Of a DNA stretch of 52,961 nt, positions 8,088 to 16,430 are shown piece by piece. Position 1 is the stretch's first letter. Each line of letters opens with the position of its first letter. This DNA is from an uncultured Thermoplasmatales archaeon. GTDB taxonomy: Archaea; Thermoplasmatota; E2; DHVEG-1. Below the pieces are notes generated by a model. That model had not been told where the DNA came from. It saw nothing but the letters and a program-made list of their open reading frames with translations, and did not search any database. The translations under genes and the position numbers were made by a program. The DNA is taken from assembly GCA_964473335.1 (NCBI GenBank), contig CAYYOO010000002.1:1-52961 (forward strand), given 5' to 3'.

Positions 8088-8279
8088 ATGCATTTTGAAG
8101 AACGAAAAAATTATGTACGTTTTCGTAAAGACCTAAAAGATAAAAACGGAAAGTGGTATCAAAAAACAATTTTTAAAATCCCGAAACTACCAAATGGGAA
8201 ATGGGCACCCTTACACTTTCCTTTTATATATCAGGGAAGCTCAAACATACTAATAGAAAACATAAAAAAAAATGTATAG
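8088..8279 (+). CDS. Hypothetical small protein, 63 aa
   Basis: In-frame ATG preceded by GGAGGGGTGGG (MHFEERKNYVRF...). Confidence 0.4.
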   Translation: MHFEERKNYVRFRKDLKDKNGKWYQKTIFKIPKLPNGKWAPLHFPFIYQGSSNILIENIKKNV

Positions 8280-8347
8280 TTTTGACAACTTAACACTCTA
8301 GGAAGGTGTGTGATAGTAACCAATTTTTTTTTTATTTCAACTTATCT

Positions 8348-8719
8348 TTATATTAAATCAGTTGCAGAACCCACAGGATCTAATTCTGATATGTTTAAAA
8401 AATTCAATAATTCAAAGTAACAATCCAAGCAAATATAACAACAATTGTAATGTGGTTCTACAAAAGTCATTTTATGTTCAATTGGTTCTAATATTTCTTC
8501 AAATTTTAAAATATCTTTTTCAGGTGTACTCTTAGGAAGTTTCATTTCTATTATATCCATATTTCCATCCTTACAATTAAGACCTATAGTTCTTGCTTCA
8601 GGATATTCTGCTTTTTTACCGCATCTTTGGCATATATGATTATATCTAGCTTTTTCAAATGTTTTTTTTAAGTTTTTTTCTCTTTCTCTTGCGTTTTTAT
8701 CTAAAGTGTTCGTTTTCAT
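8348..8719 (-). CDS. Hypothetical Cys-rich (zinc-ribbon-like) protein, 123 aa
   Basis: Contains CQRCG...C and CCYICLDC motifs. Its start codon directly abuts the stop of the upstream RHH gene. Confidence 0.45.
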   Translation of the reverse strand: MKTNTLDKNAREREKNLKKTFEKARYNHICQRCGKKAEYPEARTIGLNCKDGNMDIIEMKLPKSTPEKDILKFEEILEPIEHKMTFVEPHYNCCYICLDCYFELLNFLNISELDPVGSATDLI

Positions 8720-8875
8720 TTATTTCACCTTATCCTTATTTTTAAAATAGAATTTCATCATATGTCTAAACTGATCGCTAGGCCCTCTTGTTTCTTCTTT
8801 CTGTAGTTTGTCAAATAGTTTTTTTTCTTCTTTTGTTAATGATATTGTTACATTTGGCATTCTTTTCATAATCAT
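8720..8875 (-). CDS. RHH (CopG-like) small protein, 51 aa (absent from the ORF track)
   Basis: Translation is MIMKRMPNVTISLTKEEKKLFDKLQKEETRGPSDQFRHMMKFYFKNKDKVK, with the VTISL strand plus two helices. The TAA stop is immediately followed by the ATG of 8348-8719. Confidence 0.5.
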   Translation of the reverse strand: MIMKRMPNVTISLTKEEKKLFDKLQKEETRGPSDQFRHMMKFYFKNKDKVK

Positions 8876-8983
8876 ACACCGTATATTTAATATTTTTATT
8901 GCCTTTTATTGTTTTCGCAATAATTTTAAATAGTGGTTTATTGTTTAGATAATTTAAAAAAATGGATAGGTGAAAAAGAAATT

Positions 8984-9163
8984 ATGTATGAAGAAAAAAA
9001 TATAGAAAATATAAAAGCAGATGATCTAAAAAGAGAGCTACCTGTAAACATGGATTTTGAAACAACACTACCCGTTGAAGTAATACAAAAACTAGGTCTT
9101 AAATCAGATGACAACCTAGTATTCATAGAGGAAAACAACCGTATCTATATAGAGAAAGCATAA
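8984..9163 (+). CDS. AbrB/SpoVT/MazE-like small DNA-binding protein
   Basis: In-frame ATG with GGTGA 10 nt upstream. LPVEVIQKLGLKSDDNLVFIEENNRIYIEK resembles the swapped-hairpin AbrB fold signature. Confidence 0.45.
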   Translation: MYEEKNIENIKADDLKRELPVNMDFETTLPVEVIQKLGLKSDDNLVFIEENNRIYIEKA

Positions 9164-9183
9164 AAAAAAAAGAGGGATAATTT

Positions 9184-9339
9184 ATGAATGATACCAGTAT
9201 TTTGAAACAACTAGAGTTCCCAGATGTTTATATAAAACAAGTTGAAAATGTTGTAAATGATCCAGATCTGTTTTTTGATGATATGAAAGAGTTCCTTCGT
9301 AACGCTGTTAGGGATTATTATAACAGAATGAAAAACTAA
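9184..9339 (+). CDS. Hypothetical small protein, 51 aa (absent from the ORF track)
   Basis: The ATG is preceded by AGAGGGA. Translation is MNDTSILKQLEFPDVYIKQVENVVNDPDLFFDDMKEFLRNAVRDYYNRMKN. Confidence 0.3.
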   Translation: MNDTSILKQLEFPDVYIKQVENVVNDPDLFFDDMKEFLRNAVRDYYNRMKN

Positions 9340-9423
9340 AAAAAACATATTTCTCTTATTTTTTCTTTAGTCATGTTACGAGTTTTACGTAACATTTAAG
9401 TATTTACTAATCATTATTAGATC

Positions 9424-9888
9424 ATGACAAAACTTAGCCCTCAGGAAATAAACTATTTACGCAACCCAGAATATTTTAAACCAGGTTATCAAAGGGTATT
9501 ATCACACAGAATAAATAAAAAAGTTAGTAATAGTAAGAAACTGTTAAATTATGTTGATAAACACGAAAGAGCAATGGTTACGCAAGGAAAAAGGCAAGAA
9601 TATGATAAGGAAACAGCATACTTGAAAAAATTAAAAGAGGAGGCAAAGAACAGAGCAATAACTGTATTTACACCTAGTGTAAGGCAAAGAGCAAGACAAA
9701 TTGAAAGAGATTTATACTCTCTATCAAACAAGATCAATAGGTTTTCAAATGTTTTAAAAAATCACGATATGACAATATCTCAAAAGAAAAAAGCAAGGCT
9801 TTATGTTAAACAATTAAAAAATCAAATTGATAAACAGTTTGTCGAACTCGATGCAGTATTCAAGGCTGAAAACGAATTAATTGAGTGA
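9424..9888 (+). CDS. Hypothetical basic protein, 154 aa
   Basis: ORF with a coiled, Lys/Arg-rich sequence. No family recognised. Confidence 0.4.
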   Translation: MTKLSPQEINYLRNPEYFKPGYQRVLSHRINKKVSNSKKLLNYVDKHERAMVTQGKRQEYDKETAYLKKLKEEAKNRAITVFTPSVRQRARQIERDLYSLSNKINRFSNVLKNHDMTISQKKKARLYVKQLKNQIDKQFVELDAVFKAENELIE

Positions 9889-10096
9889 TTTTTTTTCTTT
9901 TTTACGTTAAAGTACATTTTTATACATTTACTCCTTAACAAAGTTGGCTTAAAACGGTTTCTGTGCATGAAACATAGGGGGTTTTGTGAAAGAAAAACAG
10001 GGTTTTTTAAACTATCTATTTACAGGGGGGAAATACCGATTATTTGTAAATATCTCTCGAAACCTTTAAGTATATTGAATTATATAAATATATATA

Positions 10097-10384
10097 ATGC
10101 TAAAATCTGAGAGAAAACAAAAAACCTATGGGAAAAAAATACATTACCCACAACTAGATACGATACTAATGGTAGAAGAAAAAATACAGGAAATGGATTA
10201 TCCAAAAAAAACAGAACTATGGAGAGCACTACCAAAAAAAGTAATGTATCAAACATTTAACCTTATAATTGATTATCTCGAAAAATCAGGGAAAATATTA
10301 ATCGATGATGATGCTAGAATAGTATGGATCTGGAATCCAGATTTAATGAAAAAAGTTATTTCCTCTGGAGTTAAATTCAAATGA
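10097..10384 (+). CDS. Putative antitoxin or wHTH-like partner of the downstream toxin
   Basis: 95 aa. It overlaps the next gene by 4 nt (ATGA), the typical type II TA architecture. Confidence 0.4.
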   Translation: MLKSERKQKTYGKKIHYPQLDTILMVEEKIQEMDYPKKTELWRALPKKVMYQTFNLIIDYLEKSGKILIDDDARIVWIWNPDLMKKVISSGVKFK

Positions 10385-10719
10385 ATAACTGTAAGATTGA
10401 AGTTGTTTTTGTAGATAAAAAACTTCAAAGGGATTTTGAAAAACTTAAACATGGGAAAACAGAAGATAGAGAACTATATGATTTTATAGATAGAGCTACA
10501 GATGATTTAAAAGAAAAACCTATGTGTGGTATTAAGATACCACGAAAGTTGTGGCCAAAAGGGTATATTAAAAAATATGGTATTGATAATCTTTGGAAAT
10601 ATGATTTACCTAATGCTTGGCGTTTGATCTATACGATTGTAGGCGATGAAGTTAAAATTTTGAATGTACTTCTTGAATGGTTATCTCATAAGGATTATGA
10701 AAAGAGATTCAGGTATTAA
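10381..10719 (+). CDS. RelE/ParE-superfamily-like toxin
   Basis: The C-terminal pattern LWKYDLPNAWRLIYTIVGDEVKILNVLLEWLSHKDYEKRF matches the RelE/ParE consensus shape (hydrophobic-R-hydrophobic-I-Y ... I-L ... H-x-x-x-Y). Confidence 0.5.
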   Translation: MNNCKIEVVFVDKKLQRDFEKLKHGKTEDRELYDFIDRATDDLKEKPMCGIKIPRKLWPKGYIKKYGIDNLWKYDLPNAWRLIYTIVGDEVKILNVLLEWLSHKDYEKRFRY

Positions 10720-11032
10720 TCTTTGTTTTTGGTTTGATATGGTACTTATTATTAATGTTGATAATTTGTATTAGAAAAACCAATAGAATAGTATGATTAT
10801 TACTGATATGTTATGAATAGTACCAAAAAACAGGGTGAAACAACATTTTATTTTTATCTAGGGTTTATTTAAAAACCCCTGTTAGCCAAAACATAATGAC
10901 TTGAGGGGTTTAACATTCAGCAATATACACGTATTTAGTTACAAATGTTCCAAAAACAAAAATAACATAACTCTGCTATTTTTTCTATATTAATTTAAAT
11001 ATCTCTAGATTATACAAAAAAAGGATTAGAAA

Positions 11033-11173
11033 ATGATTGAGATTGATAAAGATAAATATCCTAGTGCATATCGTCTTTTAAAAGAAACAGGTATGACATT
11101 AGATCAAGCTTTAATTTATACAGAATCAGAGCTTGAAAAACTTGAAACAAACAAAAAAACCAGCAAAAATTAA
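11033..11173 (+). CDS. Hypothetical small protein, 46 aa, next to attR (absent from the ORF track)
   Basis: Translation is MIEIDKDKYPSAYRLLKETGMTLDQALIYTESELEKLETNKKTSKN, preceded by AAGGA. Function unknown. The antisense track ORF 11061..11243 is less plausible. Confidence 0.25.
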   Translation: MIEIDKDKYPSAYRLLKETGMTLDQALIYTESELEKLETNKKTSKN

Positions 11174-11277
11174 GGTTTTTAAATATATAAAAATCATGCC
11201 TATAATAATAAGCTCTCCTTAGAGCGGTTTTTCGTAAAAACACTAAAATAAAAGGGCCTTTTACTTTTGTAAGTAAC

Positions 11278-11295
11278 TCCCGCCGCGGGCCTACT
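11278..11295 (+). repeat. attR: second copy of the 18-bp tRNA-His 3'-end repeat
   Basis: tcccgccgcgggcctact, identical to 38-55. Confidence 0.85.
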
Positions 11296-11446
11296 TTTAA
11301 AGATAATCATTTTCATATATTAAAAAATATTATAAAAAAATTTTTAAACAAGTATACAATGAATAAAACTCAAGAATTACTTGAGGAAAAGTTTTAATAT
11401 GCTTAATTTATTAAAAAACATTAGATATTTAACTTAGGGGGTAAAA

Positions 11447-13414
11447 ATGTATAAGAAAATTTTTTGCGTAATAGCATTGTCAATGCTTGTCTTATCAGGT
11501 ATAAACGTTTTTGGAACTAATTTAAAAGAAAAAGAAACCAAACAAATGATTTATTCTCAGAAATCAATAGAAATGGAGTTTACTTTTTCATATCCCGAAA
11601 TCTATGAACAATATAACTACTCAGTGATCAAAATTAATGAAACAAATCATAATAGAATAAAGATGTTTGATTATGACACAAATTATCCGGTTCTACCTGT
11701 TAATCTAACTGTTTTTAAATTTAATTTTGGTACAAAAATACTGAATATGAGCTATAAAACATCTGAACCTGAAATAATAAAACTTGATTCATTACCTTCT
11801 TTTGGTAGATCTCAATTTGATAGTATTAATTATAGAACTTATCAGAAATTTGATAGTAAAAATTTATATGAAAATCTAGGCGATTACCCAGAAAAATGTG
11901 TATCATTTCATACAGGTGGCGGTTTAGACTATAAAAATAGAGTAAGCTATCTTGTTTTACAAGTATACCCCGTAAAATATTTGCCAAATAATAACGAGAT
12001 CTCTTTTTCTTCTATTATTAAGGTAAATATTACCTATGAAGAACCAGAAGAATCAATTATAGATGTTGAAAATAAACAAGATCTATTGATTATTGCGCCA
12101 AATGAGTATACAGATACATTAACAAAGCTTGTTGATTTTAAAAACAGTAAGGGCGTAAAAACTAAGATGTTCTCTACTGAAGAAATTTACAATGAAAAAC
12201 TTTTAAGAGGAAGAGATGAACAGGAAAAAATCAAGTATTTTATAAAGGGAGCAATAGAAAAATGGGATATCACACATGTTTTACTTGTTGGCGGTATAGA
12301 TGGACAGAACGATAAATGGCATATTCCTATTAGATATAGCTATGTTGTTCCACCTGAAGAACAAGAATTCCCTGAAGAACGTTTTGTAAGTGATCTTTAT
12401 TATGCAGATATTTATGACTCTGAAGGTGCTTTTTCAAGCTGGGATTCAAATGATGATAATAAATTCTCTGTTTGGAATGAAACCTACAAAGAAGAAATGG
12501 ATCTGTATCCTGATGTATATCTCGGGAGATTACCATGCAGGAACAGATTTCAAGTAAGAACAATGGTTAGAAAAATAATAAATTATGAAAAAAATAATGT
12601 AAAATCAGAAGGATGGTTTGATAACCTTTTGTTGGTTGGTGGTGATTCTTATCATAATGATGGTCAATGGCCTCCTGGAGAAGTCGTTATAGAAGGAGAA
12701 ATAGCTTGTGATAAGGCTTTAGAACTGATGCCTGGTTTTAATCCACTTAAGGTTTATTCATCAAATGAAGATATTAATGGAAAGACTGTAAACGAAGAGT
12801 TCAACAAAGGAGCAGGTTTTGCATATATATGTGGTCATGGAAGTAGGGTTTCATGGAGTACGCATTTCCCAGATCCAATAGATGAAAAAGACAACTGGAC
12901 AACTGGATACAGGGTACAGGATATGCCCCTTTTAAGAAATAGAGATAAACTACCTGTAGCAGTTATTGGCGGATGCCATAACGGAGAATTTGATAAAAGT
13001 ATACTTCAAAATATTATAAACGGTGTAGGTAGAGGCGGTCTAAAATATCTATATAATAGATTTTTATATGATGGATGGGTGCCAAAGTGTTGGGCATGGT
13101 GGCTCACTAGTAAACCAAATGGTGGTACAATTGCAACAATTGCAAACACGGGCTTAGGAACTCATGGTGATGGCGATCAAGATCTTAATGGCGTGATAGA
13201 TTATCTAGAAATACTTGATGGCTATCTTGAATTGAGATTTTTAGAGTTATATGGTATGGAAGATGAAGATGATCTTGGACTAAACCACGGGCAAACTATG
13301 GCTGAATATCTACATGAATTTTTAGATGATAATTCCAAAATGGATGTAAAAATGGTACAGCAATGGGAATTATTTGGAGATCCTAGTTTAAAAATAGGTG
13401 GATATAAAAAATAA
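11447..13414 (+). CDS. Secreted peptidase C25 (gingipain)-like cysteine protease
   Basis: N-terminal signal/TM segment. C25-like blocks: LLIIAPNEY...VLLVGG...IP, SDLYYADIYD, YLGRLPCRN...MVRKIINYE, catalytic-type His in YICGHGS and Cys in VIGGCHNG. Confidence 0.65.
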   Translation: MYKKIFCVIALSMLVLSGINVFGTNLKEKETKQMIYSQKSIEMEFTFSYPEIYEQYNYSVIKINETNHNRIKMFDYDTNYPVLPVNLTVFKFNFGTKILNMSYKTSEPEIIKLDSLPSFGRSQFDSINYRTYQKFDSKNLYENLGDYPEKCVSFHTGGGLDYKNRVSYLVLQVYPVKYLPNNNEISFSSIIKVNITYEEPEESIIDVENKQDLLIIAPNEYTDTLTKLVDFKNSKGVKTKMFSTEEIYNEKLLRGRDEQEKIKYFIKGAIEKWDITHVLLVGGIDGQNDKWHIPIRYSYVVPPEEQEFPEERFVSDLYYADIYDSEGAFSSWDSNDDNKFSVWNETYKEEMDLYPDVYLGRLPCRNRFQVRTMVRKIINYEKNNVKSEGWFDNLLLVGGDSYHNDGQWPPGEVVIEGEIACDKALELMPGFNPLKVYSSNEDINGKTVNEEFNKGAGFAYICGHGSRVSWSTHFPDPIDEKDNWTTGYRVQDMPLLRNRDKLPVAVIGGCHNGEFDKSILQNIINGVGRGGLKYLYNRFLYDGWVPKCWAWWLTSKPNGGTIATIANTGLGTHGDGDQDLNGVIDYLEILDGYLELRFLELYGMEDEDDLGLNHGQTMAEYLHEFLDDNSKMDVKMVQQWELFGDPSLKIGGYKK

Positions 13415-13432
13415 AAAAAATTATTTTTTTTA

Positions 13433-13930
13433 TTAAAACGGTAATCCACTGTATAAACTATTTGTAAGGCCAATTGTGGTGCCAGTAAATATTGCAGTTA
13501 TTACTATGTATCCGCCAATAAGGATTAATCCTAGTCTAATGTATTTATCTAGTTTGGTATTTAAAAAGCCTCCACCAAACATCATTACTCCTGCACCAAG
13601 AAGACCAAAGGTAGTAAGAAAGTTACCGATAGTATCATATGCTGAATGTTGAATTATCAAGCTACCAATCCATGAGATCAAAATACCTACTAAAAATCCA
13701 AGCATTACAAAAATTTTTGAAAATATGGTATCTACAAATCCTTCAAGACTAGTTCCACCCATTTTTTGTGCTGGACGTGTTTGATAGGTCTGTCTTTGAG
13801 GTGGTGCCTGAGGTTGAGCTCTTGGTTGAGGTGGTGCTTGTGGTTGAGTTGGTTTTACAGCCCCACAACCCGGGCAAAAAGATGCATCATCAGGAATATC
13901 AGCTCCACATTTATTACATTTAACAGTCAT
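13433..13930 (-). CDS. Zinc-ribbon membrane protein with Pro/Gln-rich linker
   Basis: CNKCG-x11-CPGCG at the N-terminus, a PQAPPQPRAQPQAPPQ linker, then three to four TM helices. Confidence 0.6.
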   Translation of the reverse strand: MTVKCNKCGADIPDDASFCPGCGAVKPTQPQAPPQPRAQPQAPPQRQTYQTRPAQKMGGTSLEGFVDTIFSKIFVMLGFLVGILISWIGSLIIQHSAYDTIGNFLTTFGLLGAGVMMFGGGFLNTKLDKYIRLGLILIGGYIVITAIFTGTTIGLTNSLYSGLPF

Positions 13931-14006
13931 ATTTTTTCCTCCCTACTAATTGATTTGAAATAAAAAACATGTTATATATTCCTTTCTTTTTAATTAAAAA
14001 TCAGTT

Positions 14007-14138
14007 TTATCTTTTACATATCTTGCAAACCCTAGAATGATGATCAAAACAATTATTACAAACCAATCTTCCACAAAACATGCATGAATGCATAGCTCCA
14101 GGTTTTTTACATATTGAACATAAACCTGTCATTTCCAT
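14007..14138 (-). CDS. Small zinc-finger protein, 43 aa (absent from the ORF track)
   Basis: Translation is MEMTGLCSICKKPGAMHSCMFCGRLVCNNCFDHHSRVCKICKR, with eight Cys plus His. The ATG lies 4 nt after the stop of the upstream HTH gene. Confidence 0.5.
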   Translation of the reverse strand: MEMTGLCSICKKPGAMHSCMFCGRLVCNNCFDHHSRVCKICKR

Positions 14139-14142
14139 AGTT

Positions 14143-14844
14143 TTATTTTTCACCTAAAAATATCAATCTTTTTTTAATTTCATCAAATGAAAGATTACAT
14201 GTTACAAGAGGTATGTTTTCTCTATCAGCTAGTTTTATTGCAAGAGAATCAACTGAACCAGGTCTATGATATACAACAAGCGTTGGTTTAACTGGATGGA
14301 CTCTTATTGCAATCATTGGGCTTCGACCATATCTAATTCCAGTAAAAATAATTGCACGCTCAGTACTCCACCCATATAATTGACTGTAATCACCTGAGTT
14401 GATCGTTTCAATTGTTTTAACACTATCTACAAGTGTAAAACCCTTAACATTCTTCTTAAGACCTATCTTACTTTTTGTAAGAATGTTTCCATCGATTTTT
14501 TTAATGAATTTTTCAACATTCACAGACATCGGATATTCCATTATTTCAAGAATTCCTTCTTGTGTTTCTATCATTGAATCATACTGATGAAGGATCTTTC
14601 CTCCTCGCTCTATATCTATTTCAATTAAAGCTTTAATAATTTTTTTTACAGTCTGTATACCTGGAGATTTTCTCCTACCTGATTCATAGTCTGATACAAC
14701 ACTTGGTGAAAGCTCTAGATATTTTGCTAGATCGGTTTGGCTTATATTAAAGATATTTCTCCATTTTCTAATTGTTTTTCCAGGTGCAGGGCTTAAAGTT
14801 ACTTCACCTGCTATTTTTTCAGATAATGCATCTTTTATATTCAT
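14143..14844 (-). CDS. XRE-family HTH transcriptional regulator with uncharacterised C-terminal domain
   Basis: HTH segment ISQTDLAKYLELSPSVVSDYESGRR. The start overlaps the DUF35 gene stop by 4 nt. Confidence 0.65.
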   Translation of the reverse strand: MNIKDALSEKIAGEVTLSPAPGKTIRKWRNIFNISQTDLAKYLELSPSVVSDYESGRRKSPGIQTVKKIIKALIEIDIERGGKILHQYDSMIETQEGILEIMEYPMSVNVEKFIKKIDGNILTKSKIGLKKNVKGFTLVDSVKTIETINSGDYSQLYGWSTERAIIFTGIRYGRSPMIAIRVHPVKPTLVVYHRPGSVDSLAIKLADRENIPLVTCNLSFDEIKKRLIFLGEK

Positions 14845-15257
14845 TTTTTTCCCCTCAATGGCTTAAATTTATAACCATAGTAAATTGCACCTGTGTATCC
14901 ATCTTCTTGAATACGTCTGAAGGTGCTTTCAACTTTCATTCCAATTTTAACTTCATCTATCTTGCAATCCACTATTTGAGCAGTTATCTTTGGTCCTTCA
15001 TCAAGCTTGATTATTGCAACAGGGTATGGTACTTGTTCTTCAAAAGCTTGTGGGCCAGCATGAACAATAGAATATGTTAATATTTTGCCTTTTCCACTCA
15101 GTTTTTCTTCTTTCATTTGCCCCATACTTTGCCTTCGGCAGTATGGACATGCCTCTCTAGGTGGGAAAAATGTTTTACCACATTTTCCGCATTTATTTGC
15201 CAATAGATTGTATCTCTGAGGTATTTCTCTCCAGAATCTTGCTACATCAGATTTCAT
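14841..15257 (-). CDS. DUF35 Zn-ribbon/OB-fold protein (scaffold of the archaeal thiolase-HMG-CoA synthase complex)
   Basis: CGKCGKTFFPPREACPYCRR followed by an OB-fold-like C-terminus. It has the conserved position downstream of the thiolase. Confidence 0.8.
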   Translation of the reverse strand: MKSDVARFWREIPQRYNLLANKCGKCGKTFFPPREACPYCRRQSMGQMKEEKLSGKGKILTYSIVHAGPQAFEEQVPYPVAIIKLDEGPKITAQIVDCKIDEVKIGMKVESTFRRIQEDGYTGAIYYGYKFKPLRGKK

Positions 15258-15259
15258 TA

Positions 15260-16426
15260 TTAATCAGACTCCATTATATGAACAACACAAGTTGCACCTG
15301 ATCCGCCTACATTATGAGAAAGACCAATATTTGCATCTTTAACTTGTCTTTTATCTGCTTTTCCTCTGAGTTGTTTTACGATTTCTACGATTTGGGCGAC
15401 ACCGGTTGCACCAACGGGATGACCTTTTGATTTTAATCCTCCACTTGTATTAACGGGGAGTGTTCCATTAAGTGTTGTTATTTTTTTATCAACTGCTTTT
15501 CCACCTTCTCCTTTTTTTACAAATCCAAGGTCTTCAATTGCACAAATTTCGGCTATTGTAAAACAGTCATGCACTTCAGCTAAATCAACATCATTGGGGC
15601 TGATTTTTGCTTTTTTATATGCCATTTTAGCAGCATGAACTGTTGCATCAAGAGTGCATATATCTCTTCTTCCGTGTAGTGATAATGTATCAGATCCTTG
15701 TCCTGAGCCAATAATTTTTACAGGCTTTCCTGAAAACTTTTTTGCTTTATTTTTTTCACATAAAACAAGTGCTGCAGCACCATCTGTAACTGGTGAGCAG
15801 TCAAGTAGGCCTAATGGTTCGGCAACTGGTGTTGAGTTCAATGCTTTTTCAATTGTGATTTCTCTTCGAAATTGAGCATAAGGATTTTTTGCACCATTTG
15901 CATGGTTTTTTACTGCAACTTTTGCTAGATCTTCTTTTGTTGTACCATATTCATGCATATGTCTTTTTGCAATCATTGCATATAATGCAGGAAATGTAGC
16001 TCCAAAAAATGCTTCCCATTCCTGGTCTGCAGCTGTTGCTAGAGTTTCAGTTGCTGCAGATCCTCCCACATCATTCATCTTTTCGATTCCGCCGATTATT
16101 ACTACATCGTTTTCACCTGATAGTATTGATAAGTAACCTTCTCTAACTGCAAGGCTTCCTGATGCACAAGCTCCTTCTACACGTGTTGAAGGAATATGCA
16201 TATGTGAAAAACCTGATGCGTCTGCAACAAGTGCGCCGACATGTTCCTGTCCAACGAATCTGCCTGAGCTCATTGAGCCTATATACATAGCATCTATATC
16301 TTTTCCACTTATACCTGAATCTAGAATCGCCTTTGAACCTGCTTCTGATATCAATTGCCTGAATGATCTATCCCATAATTCTCCAAATTTGGTCAGTCCA
16401 ATTCCAATTACTGATACTTCTCTCAT
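15260..16426 (-). CDS. Acetyl-CoA C-acetyltransferase (archaeal thiolase)
   Basis: Start at [10 protein letters not shown] with GGGAGTGAT upstream; the longer track ORF overlaps HMGCS. Active-site Cys in EGACASGS, then [17 protein letters not shown] and GGSGATC. Confidence 0.85.
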   Translation of the reverse strand: MREVSVIGIGLTKFGELWDRSFRQLISEAGSKAILDSGISGKDIDAMYIGSMSSGRFVGQEHVGALVADASGFSHMHIPSTRVEGACASGSLAVREGYLSILSGENDVVIIGGIEKMNDVGGSAATETLATAADQEWEAFFGATFPALYAMIAKRHMHEYGTTKEDLAKVAVKNHANGAKNPYAQFRREITIEKALNSTPVAEPLGLLDCSPVTDGAAALVLCEKNKAKKFSGKPVKIIGSGQGSDTLSLHGRRDICTLDATVHAAKMAYKKAKISPNDVDLAEVHDCFTIAEICAIEDLGFVKKGEGGKAVDKKITTLNGTLPVNTSGGLKSKGHPVGATGVAQIVEIVKQLRGKADKRQVKDANIGLSHNVGGSGATCVVHIMESD

Positions 16427-16430
16427 TTTA

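Larger units (their letters stand above)
38..11295 (+). mobile_element. Integrated MCM-encoding plasmid-like or cryptic proviral element in tRNA-His
   Basis: Exact 18-bp direct repeats lie at both ends. The integrase gene sits immediately next to the tRNA-proximal att site. The cargo is MCM, RHH regulators and TA-like pairs. Recognisable host-type genes resume after 11296. Confidence 0.8.

Noticed and set aside
11061-11243. Track ORF of 60 aa on the minus strand near attR
   Set aside because: It has no ribosome-binding site or motif and a low-complexity translation. The plus-strand 46-aa ORF is marginally better supported, and neither is strong.
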